DNA of 64,000 nucleotides from the NCBI RefSeq assembly GCF_009914755.1, contig NC_060925.1; one strand, written 5' to 3'. Under the pieces are notes generated by a model. The model was given only the letters and a program-made list of their open reading frames with translations. It did no database searches and was not told where the DNA came from. The translations under genes were made by a program, and so were the position numbers. This stretch comes from the human T2T-CHM13v2.0 reference genome, Homo sapiens. Below, piece after piece: positions 31,770-56,825 of this stretch (the stretch's first letter is position 1; each line of letters starts with the position of its first letter).

Positions 31770-32190
31770 CAAAAGAAAATTATCAATGTAGCATAAAGAT
31801 CTAATTGGCTTTTATTTGCAACTCTAGCACAGGACAATACCTAATTCTGTAAAATAGAATGAGCGTTCCAATAAGCTGAAAAGAGGAGGTTATCTTTATA
31901 GACTGAAAAGGCTGAAGTGGAAACGGTGGGGAAAAAAGGTGATCTGGTTATTTCAAAGTTGCTTTCCTTATACAGTTAAAAAAACAGAAGACTTAGTTAC
32001 TATGTTGACTCAGGTTGCCTGGAATGTCCTTTTTTTTTTTTCATTTTAAACTGGCCCATTTCAAAGTTCAGTTTAATTATGTAGTACTTAGCAGAAGTAA
32101 CTACATTCTGGTTTGGTATGGTCTGCTGGTGCCTAGTGCATGCAGGAGGCTAATCTAATACAATAATACCCTCATAAATTTTGTTTAGCA
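31770..32190 (-). mobile_element. MER67/MER31-like ERV1 solo LTR
   Basis: Reverse of TG..AAACAAAATTTATGAGGG...GCACTAGG...CAAACCAGAATG...AACTGAACTTTGAAATGGGCCAG. Confidence 0.65.
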
Positions 32191-32205
32191 CCATAAAATA
32201 TTAAG

Positions 32206-35745
<3,540 letters not shown>

Positions 35746-35769
35746 AAGAGAGAGAGAGAGGGAAGCAGT

Positions 35770-36480
<711 letters not shown>

Positions 36481-37763
36481 TATAATGGAGGCCAAAAGAA
36501 AAGACTGTTTCAATATCACACTACAGAGACTTTGAAGAGAAAGAAGCCTGAAAAAGCCATAAATTTTGTTGGTTAGAAGTCATTGATGATCTCTGAGTAG
36601 CAGCCGAGGGATGTGGAAAGAAAGGAAACAGAGTTTTTTAGTATCAGGCAAGATGAAAGACAATGTTCTTTCCTTGAGAAGCTTATCAAGAGACACAAAA
36701 AGTAAATACTTATAATTGAGGGTGACAGGGGCTATGATATAATTGAGGGTGACAGGGGCTACAGAATGATATAAACATGCACAGAAGAGGTTTATGACAG
36801 ACTAGGGTAGCCAAAAGACGTGGACTGGTTGACTCCTGAATTGAGGAGTCTAAAAAAGAACAAAAGAACTGGTTGAAGGAACTGGGGAAAGCAGAATGGT
36901 GAGAGAAAGCATGACATACTGGGAAATTGCAAGTGTAGTGTGTCTAGTTGTATGAGTAGTATACATGAAGATTAGTAGTAAGAGAAAAGTGGCCAGACAC
37001 AGAAGAGAAAAAGTAGCCTGAAAGGGTTTTACATATGAAGTAGATCACATTTTACTCAGGAAGCAATGGACAAATATTTTGAGCAATACAATATAGTAGC
37101 TAAAACACCAACTGTGGAGCCAGAGTGATCCAATTCTGGCTTCGACAATGACTAGCTGACTTCAAACAAATTACTCAACCTCTTTTGCCTCAGTTCTGTC
37201 AACTATATAACCTCAGAGGGTTTACTGTGATGATAAAAATGGGCTGTTAAATGTAAAGTGCTTAAAATAGTGCCTCACGCATAGCAAGTACTGTATACAT
37301 TTTAGTTACTGAGCATAGCCATTACATGATTCAATCTATTTCAGGGTGATTACTCTGGTGGCAGTGTATTTAGGAAGCTATCTCAGTAATCCAAATGAGA
37401 AATGATAAGGGCATGTTGTTTAAAAATGGAAGGACAGAAAATAGACTAAATAGACTCAAGAGATCCTTAGGATTTTGTGATTGATCAGATATAGAGATAA
37501 CAGGAAAGCTAAGAAGTCTAAGAAGAAATTTCAGGTTGCCAGCTGGGGTAAATAAGGAGATAATGGTGTTACTACCTAAGACAGAGAAAAGAGGAAGGAG
37601 GGAAGAAAGCATTATCTGATTTAGACACACTAAATTTTAGACATCTATGTTTATCCAAGTAGAGGTAGGCAAAAGCACTATAGATGTGGTGATATGACGG
37701 AAGAATAGAGTTAAAGGTATATATCTGGTTGACAGTTACCAGTGTTTATGTACTCACTGATGA

Positions 37764-39300
<1,537 letters not shown>

Positions 39301-40012
39301 TGGAAACGTTTAAGATTGCTGCTCCAACCTAGAACCACAGCAAAGACTAATCCCATACCCACTGAAATCTCTATCTATTAATATTTTAAATATTATATAT
39401 AACATTTTCATGGTAAAGACACATTTGTCATATGATTAGATAACATGGCATGTCACATCATTATATTTTTTCAGGTAATAACTTTTCCAAGTTTCTACCA
39501 TTTCCAAATAAATTCTTTCTAAACAGTACATTATACATTCCCCATCTTAGTAAAGACTGTAATCAATGTAATTTAACCTTTTATTGAGCACTTTATCTCA
39601 TCATTATAAATATCAATTATCATATTCTAAAAATGTCTTTCTAGTTTAAGTTTAAATTAGTCCTTTATTTTTTTCAAGGAATCCCAAATAGATTCAAAGT
39701 CCTTTATTATATACTGACACTTCTTGCTGAATCCTTCAGTGCCTCCTCTATACTGATGCCATGGCTATCTAATGAAACAGGAAGACATAAAGGTTGGTGC
39801 AATACCAGATAACTCTTTAAGTTATTTTGCCAAATCAATTGGCTCTGTAATTGAAATGCCTTCAAGCCTTTCCCTCATAATTAAATGTAAAACTTCTGAT
39901 GACTATTTTCCTTGAAGCATATAGGAAATACTTTATTTCTAGGTTTGTTATTATTCTAATATTTTATATGGCAAAGCTTTCTGAAAGTTTAAGATATTCA
40001 TGTATTTTATTA

Positions 40013-40357
<345 letters not shown>

Positions 40358-42989
40358 TCATGAATAGGGCTTAACTCAATATTCTGAACATATAGTTGGC
40401 ACAGTATAAGTGCTTTTATCAATGACTCTAAGGTATAAACGGAGCATTGTTCCCTACTCCAATGATAACTGGTTACAACAAGGAGCTAAAAATACAAGAA
40501 CAAGTACCCATGATTTAAGAATTTCTGAGCACTTAAATTTTGCTATCAAAAATTCTGTCAAAAATATATACTAAATACTAGAACCACATCTGGGAAGGAA
40601 GAGAAAAAAAAGCAGAAGAGGCACAGTAAAAGTAATCAAATGGCAAATAATTCCTTCTGAATACTACCTATAAGCCATTTCTTGCAGAAATTGAAATAAA
40701 ATTTTGGCTGGGGATGGGGGACAAGAAGAAACCCAAAAGCTATTTATTTATAATAAAGCATATAAATTCATTCCAAAAAGGAATAGACATTTATTTTTAA
40801 GAATGGAAATTCTATTAAAACATGGCTTTAAAATATATAATTTTAATGTATTTTGAAAAAAATAAGAAATCATATATATTTTCTAGATTTTTGAAACTTT
40901 AATAATTCTCCAAAATCAAAAATATATTTTTTACTATTATGTGCTCTACTAGTTTTTACTACATTTACCAATAACATATTCCCAGGATTATTTCTTAAGG
41001 TTTTCCCCACTCTTTCCTGACTTCAACTTCCCAGTATTTTGAAAGAATTGCTAAGACGTGTTAATACCTGAATATACAGAAAGAAGAAACTATAACAAAG
41101 ACAGACTAAGAAGCAAAGAACTTACAGCAAGAACAGGCTTGCAGTCAGGTTCCTAACATAAAAGTCCATCTCTGCTTCTCTATCTTCGTAACTCAGACAA
41201 ATTAACTTACTTAAACCTCAATTTCTTTTTTATAAAATGGGCAATGGCACTCACCTCTTTAGGTCATTACAATAACTAAACCAGATAATATATGGAAAGT
41301 ACTTAGTACAAGGCCCATGCTAACAACTTCAATGTTTTAAGCCAATATCAATAAGAAAGAAAACTTTGTTGAGGTGTATATGAATTCAGTTTTCATTCCT
41401 GTTGTTTTCTTTTTTTAGCCAGCTACGAAAGACATCCAATAAATGTCATTTTTAACCTGCAGAAGCTGAAATTGAGCTTATGGCACTCAACTCAGAATAG
41501 GCCACTGGAGAATCCTTCATTACTCTCTGATAAAATATAATGCTTTCCACACAACTGTCATTAATTAAATACATCTGAGTTACTAACCTACAATTCACTG
41601 TGACTTGAAAATTAATATAGCACATGTCTATTTCTACACTTGATTTGTTCTTATATTGTCAGCTGTGACCTTGAAAGCATCAATTTTCAATACTGATTTA
41701 TAATGTCTTTTTTTTTTTTTTTTTTTTTTTGAGATGGAGTCTCACTCTGTTGCCCAGGCTGGAGTGCAGTAGCATGATCTCGGCTCACTGCCACCTCTGC
41801 CCCCTGGGTTCAAGCAATTCTCCTGCCTCAGCCTCCTGAGTAGCTGGGATTACAGGCACGCACTACCATGCCCACGAATTTTATTTGTATATTTAGTTGA
41901 TATGGGGTTTCACCACGTTGGCCAGGCTGGTCTCGAATTCCTGACCTCAAGTGATCCGGTCGCCTCAGCCTCACAAAGTGCTGGGATTACAGGCGTAAGC
42001 CACTGCACCCAGCTATAATGACTTTTAAAACTTTAAATTTTCAAATCTAGTTCACCATTAAAATGGAAATGTCTCTTGAATTTATTTGATAGGTCTCTCC
42101 TCTTTCACCCCCTGTTGTTTAACCTCACATTAAATAATAGAGTTAAACACTTTTTTTTTTTTTTTTTTGAGACAGAGTCTCGCTCTGTCACCCAGGCTGC
42201 AGTAGGGTGGAGTGATCTCAGCTCACTGCAACCTCTGCCTCCCAGGCTCAAGCAATTCTGCCTCAGCCTCCAGAGTAGCTGGAATTACAGCGTGCCACCA
42301 CACCTAGCTAATTTTTATATTTTCAGTAGAGACAGGGTTTCAGCATGTTGGTTAAGCTGGTCTCGAACTCCTGACCTCAAGTGATCTGCCTGCCACCACC
42401 GTGCCGGCCAAGTTAAACTTATATATACCTTTCTTAAAAAGCTTATTGTGCAGGCTTAAAAGAACTGTACTTCTAAAATTATAAACAAAATACATACAAA
42501 CATTTATTTTCTTCTTTAATGACCACTATTATATATATATAAACTGCTAACAGTTCCATGCTGCTTTCCAGGTGTTAAATTCTGTGTCTGTGTCTAAGAG
42601 AAAAAACAACACACAGCTACCAGTATCTTTCTATAATTACACCTATCAATTCTATTTTGTTGTTCTTGCATCCTATACCTTACCTAATTAAACCAAATCA
42701 AATTATATGTATTGATGAATATCTGATAGAATTACTATTAATATTTTCTTTAAATTTCTTCTAAAAAGATTTATAATTGAACTCTGAGAATATTCTCAAA
42801 TGCAATTCTTCGATTCCTCCTTATCAAAAGTCCAAATAACATATAAAAAGGCACATTTTCTTCATTCTAAAAAAATTTAAAATATAATCTTAAAAGGATT
42901 ACTATGCTGACAAATAACAACAAAATCTTGGTTCCTAGTAATTATTAAATGACTTAAGTCAGGTTGAAAAATAAGACTAATTTTTTTTT

Positions 42990-45610
<2,621 letters not shown>

Positions 45611-46904
45611 ATATTCATCAACTATAAAGTTCAAAATCCTATGGTTTATATGGGAAGTGTTTCCTTTAATTTCTGATTAGAAGTTGAAAGCTTAATTATT
45701 TAATTTAAGTAATATTAGTTTGTTCCATTATGTAGCTATCTGGCATTAAACTATGTTTTAATTTCAACTTGCAAAGTACGGCTGCTTAAAATGCTACTTA
45801 AAGACCTCTTTAACTATTCAAATACATCCGGTTACAACCTCTGCCCTTAAGAAAATCAAGTTGTCTATCGTAAGTTTAAATGTACATAAATCAGACCAGA
45901 AGAGGCAACTGGCAAACAGTCCATGAAACAGCATTCTATAAAGTCTTATTTCCATATACTTATCCCAAATTAGTTTGTTGCCCAAATTATTATTTTTTTT
46001 TTTTGAGACAGTCTTGCTCTGTCACCCAGGCTGGAGTGCAGTGGCACGATCTCCGCTCACTGCAAGCTCTGCCTCCCGGGGGTTCACGCCATTTTTCTGC
46101 CTCAGCCTCCTGAGTAGCTGGGACTACAGGCGCCCGCCACCACGCCCGGCTAATTTTTTTTTTTTTTTTGTATTTTTAGTAGAGACGGGGTTTCACCATG
46201 TTAGCCAGGATGGTCTCAATCTCCTGACCTCGTGATCCACCCACCTCGGCTTCCCAAAGTGCTGGAATTATAGGCCTGAGCCACCGCGCCCAGCCTGTGT
46301 TGCCCAAATTTTTAAAAAAGTAGCATTAACCACCAACACAACAAAATCACTTTTTTCAAAATAACTCTAATAAAATTTAAATCACAATATAAGTCCAAAG
46401 AGATGGCCTTTTGTCTGGCCAACAATGGGAGAAGACAGCAGCCCTGTCAAAGACTGAGCTCAGCATTCCCGCTATTAATTCATCTCCATTTCTATTTCCT
46501 GAGTGCATTTTGTCAAGTATTTCCTACTGACTGAGAGATCAGTAAATACTAGCAGGCTCCTGGAAAAATGAAGTCTGGTGAAGCTTTATCCCAAAGTCAG
46601 AAGAAAAATTAGGAGCACAAATGAGATGTGGCAGGAAGGGGATAGGATCACACTAAAGTGGCATGATCACAATTTTAAACATTTTACATAATGTACTCAA
46701 CTAAACTATGGCTGATTCACTCAATATATGATCTTTCTAAATATTAAAATGTTTTACTGACAAACATAGTATTACCATGAATTAGTTGAAACCTGGCATA
46801 CTATTCTGGAAACTTTGACCATCACTAAAACATAGAATCCAGGACAATACTATAGGGAAAGGACTAAACATTCCAGCAATTCAAGCCTCTTTGTAGTATG
46901 TAGT

Positions 46905-47520
<616 letters not shown>

Positions 47521-47604
47521 TATACAAATGGCAGTAAAACATTAACATCTGGGAAATTTTTTTTTTTTTGAGACGGAGTTTCGCTCTTGTTGCCCAGGAT
47601 GTAG

Positions 47605-47883
<279 letters not shown>

Positions 47884-48116
47884 TGACTCTAGTATTTTTT
47901 TGGAAATATAAAATTATACAAATAAAAAATAAATTTAAGAATGCATCTAAATTCACTTCACAGAGGAATAAGATTTGAGGAGCAGTTACCATGTCTCATA
48001 CATCTTTTATTTCCTAATTTCTCCTCCCCTTTCCTTACTGTCACACAATTCTTTGCATATAGCATGCTTTCAGTAAACATATGCTAAACAAGAAACATAT
48101 GGGAAGGTGTAAGTCA

Positions 48117-48655
<539 letters not shown>

Positions 48656-48907
48656 TTAGGTTTCACGCTTTTAATCTATTTATTAATGAAGACTCAAAGA
48701 TAAAGTACAGATTCACAAAAAAATCCCAAAAGACATTTTTTTGTCTTCATAATAATGACATCAACGAAATGAAGATTCACAGAAAAAGGTAACACACAGT
48801 AAATAAAAGCTGTGAGTACATTTATATACTTACTGAATGCCACCAAGAATGAAATCTATCCCCTCTCTTCTTAGAAAACTACAAATTAGAAGAATTAAAA
48901 ATTATAC

Positions 48908-49069
48908 CTCAAAATTCTGTTCCATTATGTTTCCACCTTTACTCAAACTCTCCATGATGGCCTTATTTCGAAGAATATCCTCTTCACTGAGATGTTCTCT
49001 TCTTTTCCTTGATTCTAAAACAAGTCCATTCACCAGGTAAAAGTCTGCCAAAAAGTTTCCTACTCTTTC
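48908..49069 (-). CDS. ANKRD13C: ANKRD13C exon, 162 nt, phase 0-0
   Basis: tttAG / GAG|GTATAA; reads ERVGNFLADFYLVNGLVLESRKRREHLSEEDILRNKAIMESLSKGGNIMEQNFE. Confidence 0.95.
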
Positions 49070-50859
49070 CTAAAACAAAACCAAATATTTAAAAGTAAAA
49101 TTTTTAGGTTAAAAAAAGTGTCAAGGTAATATATTTTTCCATAAATATGTAACATGTAGGTGAAAATAAATATTCCTTTGGTACTTGAAATTATCAAACT
49201 ATCTTACATTTTCTAGGTTATACAACATATACATCTAAGTTATTCAATAAGTTGAAAAATACACAAAAGCATACATTTCAAATCAGTAAAGAGAAATTTA
49301 AAATACATAAAAATGTATGGTAGTTAATTTGCAAATGATTTTAAATAAAATTGCCACATAGCATTTCTTCAGATCCTACTCCCAAGTAGCACAAAGCTAT
49401 CTCAAAACTATTAAGCTGGCAGTCAAATATCACGAGTAACAAGGAGGGGTCAGGGATAACACTGTTCCCATTTTATAGATAGAAAAAAAGTGGAATAAAA
49501 AGAAATAAATAGTCCACGTCACACAAGAATCTCTAGTACAACCAGAATTAATGACCTGTTCACATTCTCTATTCTCTAACAGGCACCAAACTTCAAGTTA
49601 CAGCTGCCTGTTTTCAACAAAGAAAAGAGGAAAAGAGTACCCTTGCTCACCAATACAATTAAAGTGTTTTAGGGAAACTCAAGTGGTGTAAAGGACATCA
49701 AAAAAAGTCATTACTTTCTTTCAATAAAGTCCTCTTAAACCTTCAACATTAACTTTTACCTTTTTCAGACCCACAGGTATTCAGAGTTTGAAATACCTTA
49801 CTTAAAAAAAAAACAAAAAAAAGATAAATAACTTACTGAAAACAAGCTTCCCATTTCTATCTGCATGCAAATCACATGTCTCCACCCTGCTGCTGTTTAC
49901 TGACATTTCAAAACTACATGTTCAGAGTTGTGTTCCAGTCCACCTTGCAAAAAAAGCAAAGCATTCTGCACCTGTTTCTACCTACAAAATGGGAACCATA
50001 AGTATTACTGACTCCCTCCTTACCTGTCAAAGATTTAAGAAGATCACCTAGATGCTTCAAGAGCTTTGAGCTGCTTAGCAGTAGTACTAGATGATTAGCA
50101 GTTTCAATTTTTATCTTCTCTTGAAGTGATCCATCTAATGCTGCCCAGAAGAACAAAGTACAAACAAATAAGACTTTAAAGCCAACAAATGGACTGCAAT
50201 GTAGGACCTCACAACTGAGAATGCTATAATGCCATTAGGCTTAGAGAGGAAAATCAGTGAGCTTAGATTTCCTAACAGAATTTATCTGTGGCTGGGAAAT
50301 AACCAGGTGGTAATTATCAGTTTTTGAAACCTTATAATGAAAAACCACTTAGTAAATGTAAATTATCATATCAACAAAATGTTAAGTGTGTATTCCCCAT
50401 TACCCAGCCACTTAATTTCTTGCTACTTATAACAGGCAAAGGCATGTAAAAGGATGATAAACACATCATTTATAATGGCAGAAAACTGGACACAAATGTG
50501 ACTATTCATTTAAATGTCCAAAAACAAGACTGAATATGTTAAGTTACAGTATATCCATCATATAGAATACTATGCAATTGCTAAAAAGAGTGAACTAGCA
50601 CTACATGTACTGGTAAGAGAAGATTTCTACGACATACTAAAGAATGAGGAAAAAAAGCCAGCTGCAAAACAGTAGATACGATATGACACGACACTTTATG
50701 AAAAAGTAAGCATCAACAACAAAAGGCTACCTATTATTATGAGCTCATATTTACATATGGAGAGCATAAAAAAGGTCTGGAGGATATAAAAACTGGTGAC
50801 ATTCTGCAAGGGGATGTGGGACTGTGGGCAGTGGCCAAGGAGGGCTTTTTAGCTTTATG

Positions 50860-51588
50860 TATAAAGTTAAATGATAATTTTATGTGTCAGCGTGGCTACG
50901 CTATGATGCCAGGTGTTTGGTCAAACGCCAGTCTAGATGTTGCTGTGAAGGTATTTTTTAGATGTGATTAACAATCAACGGACTTTAAGTAGAGCTAATT
51001 ACCCTACATAATGTGGGTGGGCCTAATCTAATCAGTTTGAAGGCCTTAAGAGCAAAAACTGAGGTTTCCAGGAAAAAAAAAAGCAATTCTGCCTCAAAAC
51101 TGCAACACAGAAACCCTGCTTGAGTTTCCAGCCTGCAGATTTCTTTTTCTCTCTCTTTTTTTTTTTTGGACAGGAGTTCACTCTGTCACCTGGGCTAGAG
51201 TGCAGTGGTGTGATCACTCACTGTGGCCTCAACCTTCTGGGCTCAAGTAATCGTCTCACCTCATCCTTCCAAGCACCTGCGACTATAGGCTTGTGCCACC
51301 TCAGCCATCTAATTTTTAAATTTTTTGTAGAGTCAGGGTCTTGCTATGTTGCCCAGGAGGCCAAGCCTGAACATTTCTAACTCAAGAGCACAATATCCAC
51401 TCTTTACTAAATTTCCAGCCTGCTAGATTGCTCTACATTTCAGATTTGCCAACTCCTACAATTTCATGAACCACTCCTCAAAATAAATCAATTTCTTCCT
51501 TCTCCTCTCTCCCCCTTACTCTTTTTTTCTTCCTCTCTCCACTCCCCTTCTATCTACTGGTTTTGTTTCTCAGAGAACCCTAATAATG
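50860..51588 (+). mobile_element. MLT2D-like ERVL LTR with partial antisense AluJ (about 51140-51357)
   Basis: ttatgtgtcagc, gtctagatgttgctgtgaaggtatttt, aatgtgggtgggcct, ggttttgtttctcagagaaccctaata. Confidence 0.8.
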
Positions 51589-51749
51589 CTATTTTTCTTA
51601 TTTCTCCATTGAGAATATATTCATTTCATTGTGTATAATAAAAATAAATATAATTTTTAATAGAAGTCAATCTTGACCCTGACTTGATGTGGTCACTTAC
51701 TGTTAAATTTAAAATTTTATAAACATGCTTCTTCATACAGCTCATTCAA

Positions 51750-52045
<296 letters not shown>

Positions 52046-52649
52046 ATAAGCCACCACGCCTAGCCTCAAAATTTTCCGAATATATATTTGAATAGTCTTA
52101 TATAACCTCTTGCTGACAGATACAATGGGAATTATGGAAATAATTTACACTAATGGGGAAACTTCCCCCGAGATTTGATTTAACAATTCTACAGTGTTGC
52201 AGAAATGTAAGGTTATTTAATCTTACTCATATGTATAGAATACAAGAAAAAAATATTAAGTAAATGAGAAGTCTAAAGTAGGGAGACAAACAGGTTCAGG
52301 GAAATAGAGTCAAGTTTATCCCTTTTTGTAGTCTTCTTATCGAATAAAGCACTAGAAATATAATGGAATCATGTGAAAACATTGTTCCCTGTATAATAAC
52401 AAGACAGCTAGCAATAAGAGTCCTTCCTGACACAGAATTCAAATGAGCTCAGCTTTCTTTCCTGAATTCTCCAAGGACACATTCTGACTCTAACCATCCA
52501 TTATAATTCCTTATCTGGATTCAAGGAAGAGAGAAAAAAACTACTTGGAGACAATTCTGTAAGCTACTTCTTGCATTTCCATCACGTTATTTTGGAAATA
52601 TTAAATACCGAACAATGCTTAAAGTTTAAAAATCTAGATTTGCACATAC

Positions 52650-52781
52650 TGTTTTATCTTCCCGAAAAAGCCATCCTGTCTGGGCACGCGTGAAAGAAAT
52701 TGATTTTGTTGATAAAGTTGCAGAGTAAATATCACTGCTCATTAAAATATCCACCTCTTCTTCTGTTTCCATCTCTGATTC
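52650..52781 (-). CDS. ANKRD13C: ANKRD13C exon, 132 nt, phase 0-0
   Basis: cccAG / GTATGT; reads ESEMETEEEVDILMSSDIYSATLSTKSISFTRAQTGWLFREDKT. Confidence 0.95.
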
Positions 52782-53807
52782 CTGGGATGTGAGCAAAAGT
52801 TAAATATAAAAATCTAGGTTTTTCAAAAGTTCTTAGTACTACATATGAAAATATCAACAATTATAATGGTACCAATTTTTAAAGACAAAAAGGATAGTTT
52901 CTAAATAATGTGAAGTGTTACTTACTCTAAAAAGAATTAGATGTTTAAATTGTACATATTAATATCTTCTCTAAGTTAGCATTATGACTAATTATGAATC
53001 TATAAAAGCAGGACACATGAAATACGGTACTATTATCCTGTTATAGATATGTAATGGAAGCAGTACTAGATTACCCATTATAAAACTGTATAGTCCATAG
53101 AGCAATTTTTAAAAACAACTTTAAGAATTAACTTGACAGATCTGAGAAAAAAACCCAGATAAAGGATATTTTTCTTTCAATACAGATTAATCTTACTTTA
53201 GTTCTTCTTAATGCAAAGATCCACCACTGTCATTTGAGCCTTTCTTTCCCAATAAATTGTAAGTGGAAGAAAGGAAGAACTGAAGGGAGGGATAGAAGAA
53301 GGGAAGCAGCAGAGAGGGAAGGAAGGAAAAGAAGCAAGAAAGGATCTTTTCTGTATTCCTTATAAAATGGAAAGGAATCCATAAATATCAACCGTAATTT
53401 CTAAACTTAATGAGTAGTCATGCTTCAGGTTTTATCCTGTACATATTCCCTAGTGCTGGTATATAATAATTGAGCAATAATTATTTTTTATATGAGAAAA
53501 AAGGAAAGTTTTGTGCTTGCTTCAGGGACAGAAGACTAAATGATCAAGTACAGAAGAGTAAGTGAGCAGGTATAAGATGAGATTCTATTCCATAATAGGC
53601 CAAGAAAGATACCCTAACTAATATTTAAGACGTTATAAGGAAGAAAAAAGGCAAAACCTAGGGAGTTGTCTGGAGAATAATAACAGTCCCTAGGGTTTAC
53701 AATAGTTAGAGCCTTCATTCTCCAAACCTCCTTATTTCTAGGTTCCCAAGAGGCCCATTTTCTATTCTTCACCATCTAACTTTAACCTACATAGAGTCCC
53801 TTTCTGA

Positions 53808-54111
<304 letters not shown>

Positions 54112-54153
54112 CATATAGTCCCTTCCTGAATTTCCAAAAACAATACCATTGGC

Positions 54154-54470
<317 letters not shown>

Positions 54471-55254
54471 AATAGCAATGGCTTGGGCCTGGGACAGTAC
54501 CATTTCCTCTACCCCTACAAGTAAAGAATGCAAAATCTTGGTGTTACTGCTAAAGCCATAATAGGTGAAAATGTATTCCTGGTAACCCAAATTAATTCTG
54601 AACACAATATTCTTTAAAAAAAAGTTAGGTTGCAGTAGTTAAACAGAACTGTTAAACACTATACTTCAAATATATTATGAATCAAGTAGAATTTTATATA
54701 TTAGCTTGGAAACTGAACACTGTATAACCCATTGTCTATGAGCAAATTTGCCTTACATTTCAAACATCCTATTTTCAATAAACTTTTGGAACAGAATTCT
54801 TATATAAATCAGAGACTATCTCTTAACCACATCACTGAAAAAGATCTGCTGTTTTAATTAATTACATTGCTTCAACATTTAATGAAGTTATTACTTATAC
54901 ATACATACATATTAGGATAAACAACAAGTATTCTCTGCCCTAAGGAATACTGCTCAAAATTTATCTTTCCTGTATTGTAGGCATTATAAAATACATAATA
55001 CATATATGTATGTATACATACATACCTTAATACTAGTACATACATACCTTAATACCTTAAAACTGGTACCCTTAATACCAGTTCTTTGGTAATACTATGA
55101 CATCCACAAATACTTATGGACTACTAGCCTTAACTTCTAGCTTCTCTTTCAAGACCCTATTTCCAATTCACTTATTGCCTAGTTGGCTATCCTGTTGTCA
55201 TTTCATAAGTAAGAGGTCAAATTATTTAATAAATATCTGAGAGGCTCACATATG

Positions 55255-55456
55255 AGTAAGCAAACTATAATCAGCTGCCTGTTTTTATGAATAAAATGAT
55301 AATGGAATATACTCATTTATTTACATATTGTCTGTGGCTGCTTTTAACAACAGCAGAGTTGAGTAGTTGTGACAGAGGCCATATGGCCCACAAATATATT
55401 TTAATATCTAAAAATATTTATTATCTCTTCCTTCACAGAAAGAGTTTACCAACCTA
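55255..55456 (+). mobile_element. MER58A-like
   Basis: gcagagttgagtagttgtgacagaggccatatggcccaca...agtttaccaacc. Confidence 0.7.
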
Positions 55457-55479
55457 TAGCGTAGAATGTACTGATGCTG

Positions 55480-56700
55480 TATTAGATAACAGGGAATACA
55501 ACAAAAAGAACCCCACGCCCTTGAGGAGCTTAGACCAATAGAAGGGAAAAAAGCCATGTCAGTAAATGTAACATTAGAAGCTTTATGGTTCCAGATTTAA
55601 TAGGAACATAAGGACAACAAAAGTCATTTGGTGGGAGAGAAAGTAACACCAAGTGCATGCCCTACAGGTGTGAGGGTGCAAAAAGAAAAGCATTCCAGGA
55701 AGTGGAAAGAACATGAACAAAGGAATAAAGGCCCAAATAGCCTGGCACATCTGACAAACTGCCAAGAGTGCAGTATGAGGGTATCTAAAATAGTAAGGTA
55801 AGAAAAAGGCTAGAAAGGTGAGCAAAACTCAGGTGACAAAAGGAACCATGCCGTGCTAAGGAGATTAGATTTCACTCTTTAGGTAATGGGGAACTTTTTA
55901 AGTATCTCTAAGTAACTAAGGTTTCATAAATGTGTTTCTAAAGTTTAATGTATCTCCAACATGTGGGATAATTTAGAAGCAGATGAGAAGGGAGCCAGGA
56001 AGATCATTTATAAGACTTTCCAATGGTCCAGTTGAGAAATAATGAATGTTTAAATTACAGTAGTGACAGTGTGAATAAAAGAGGAATAATAATGAGACAT
56101 TAAGGAGAAAGAAATGACCAGATATGTGCTCTGATGAGAAAACACAGAGTACAAGAAAAGATATCAAAAATAACTCCTAGGTTTCTAACTGAATAGAGAA
56201 TGACATCATTCTTCAAAAGAGGAAAAACAGGAAAAAGAGCAGGTTTGGAGGAAAAGTAGCAAGGTTAGTTTTAAATAAGGTGAATTTTGAGGTACCTGGG
56301 AGACACACATGATATCCATTAGGCATTTAAACAGATAAGCCTCTACTCAGAACTGTATGGACACAAACATATATTTGTAAATCATCAACCTATAGGACTG
56401 TGGGAATGGAAGGGATTATTCTGGCAGTTTGTAAAAATGAGAACCACATCAAGGGCATATCAATGGTTTTTTAACACAAAGATATGGCATGAGAGAAGGA
56501 AAATCATGTCGTACTTGAAGAGGGAAAGGACAGAGAAAGGAAAGGTAGCCAAAGAGTTAGGAAAAGTAAGACTGCAGACAGAGCCAAAAGAAGTATTCAT
56601 ATTAAGGAGATAAAATAAAGATGGTCAACAACATTAAAAGAAGGTAAGATAAAAAGATAATACATGGTAAAGGTCCAGCACAGGTTCAACAAATGAAAAC
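55480..56700 (+). mobile_element. L2 fragments
   Basis: agcattccaggaagtggaaagaacatgaacaaagg, gagcaggtttggagg, tgaattttgaggtacctgggagaca; similar L2 pieces at about 21220-21720 and 37320-37760. Confidence 0.55.
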
Positions 56701-56825
56701 TATAAATGAGAATGAAGAGAAGTTGGAGTTCATTGATCTAGGAGATAATCAGTTGAATTCTCAGCAGGCTCAATGGACCGGTCAAGATGGAGACCAGAGG
56801 ATAGAAATATAAAAAATGAAAATAG

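Noticed and set aside
48837-49040. 67-aa + strand ORF
   Set aside because: Antisense to exon 48908-49069.
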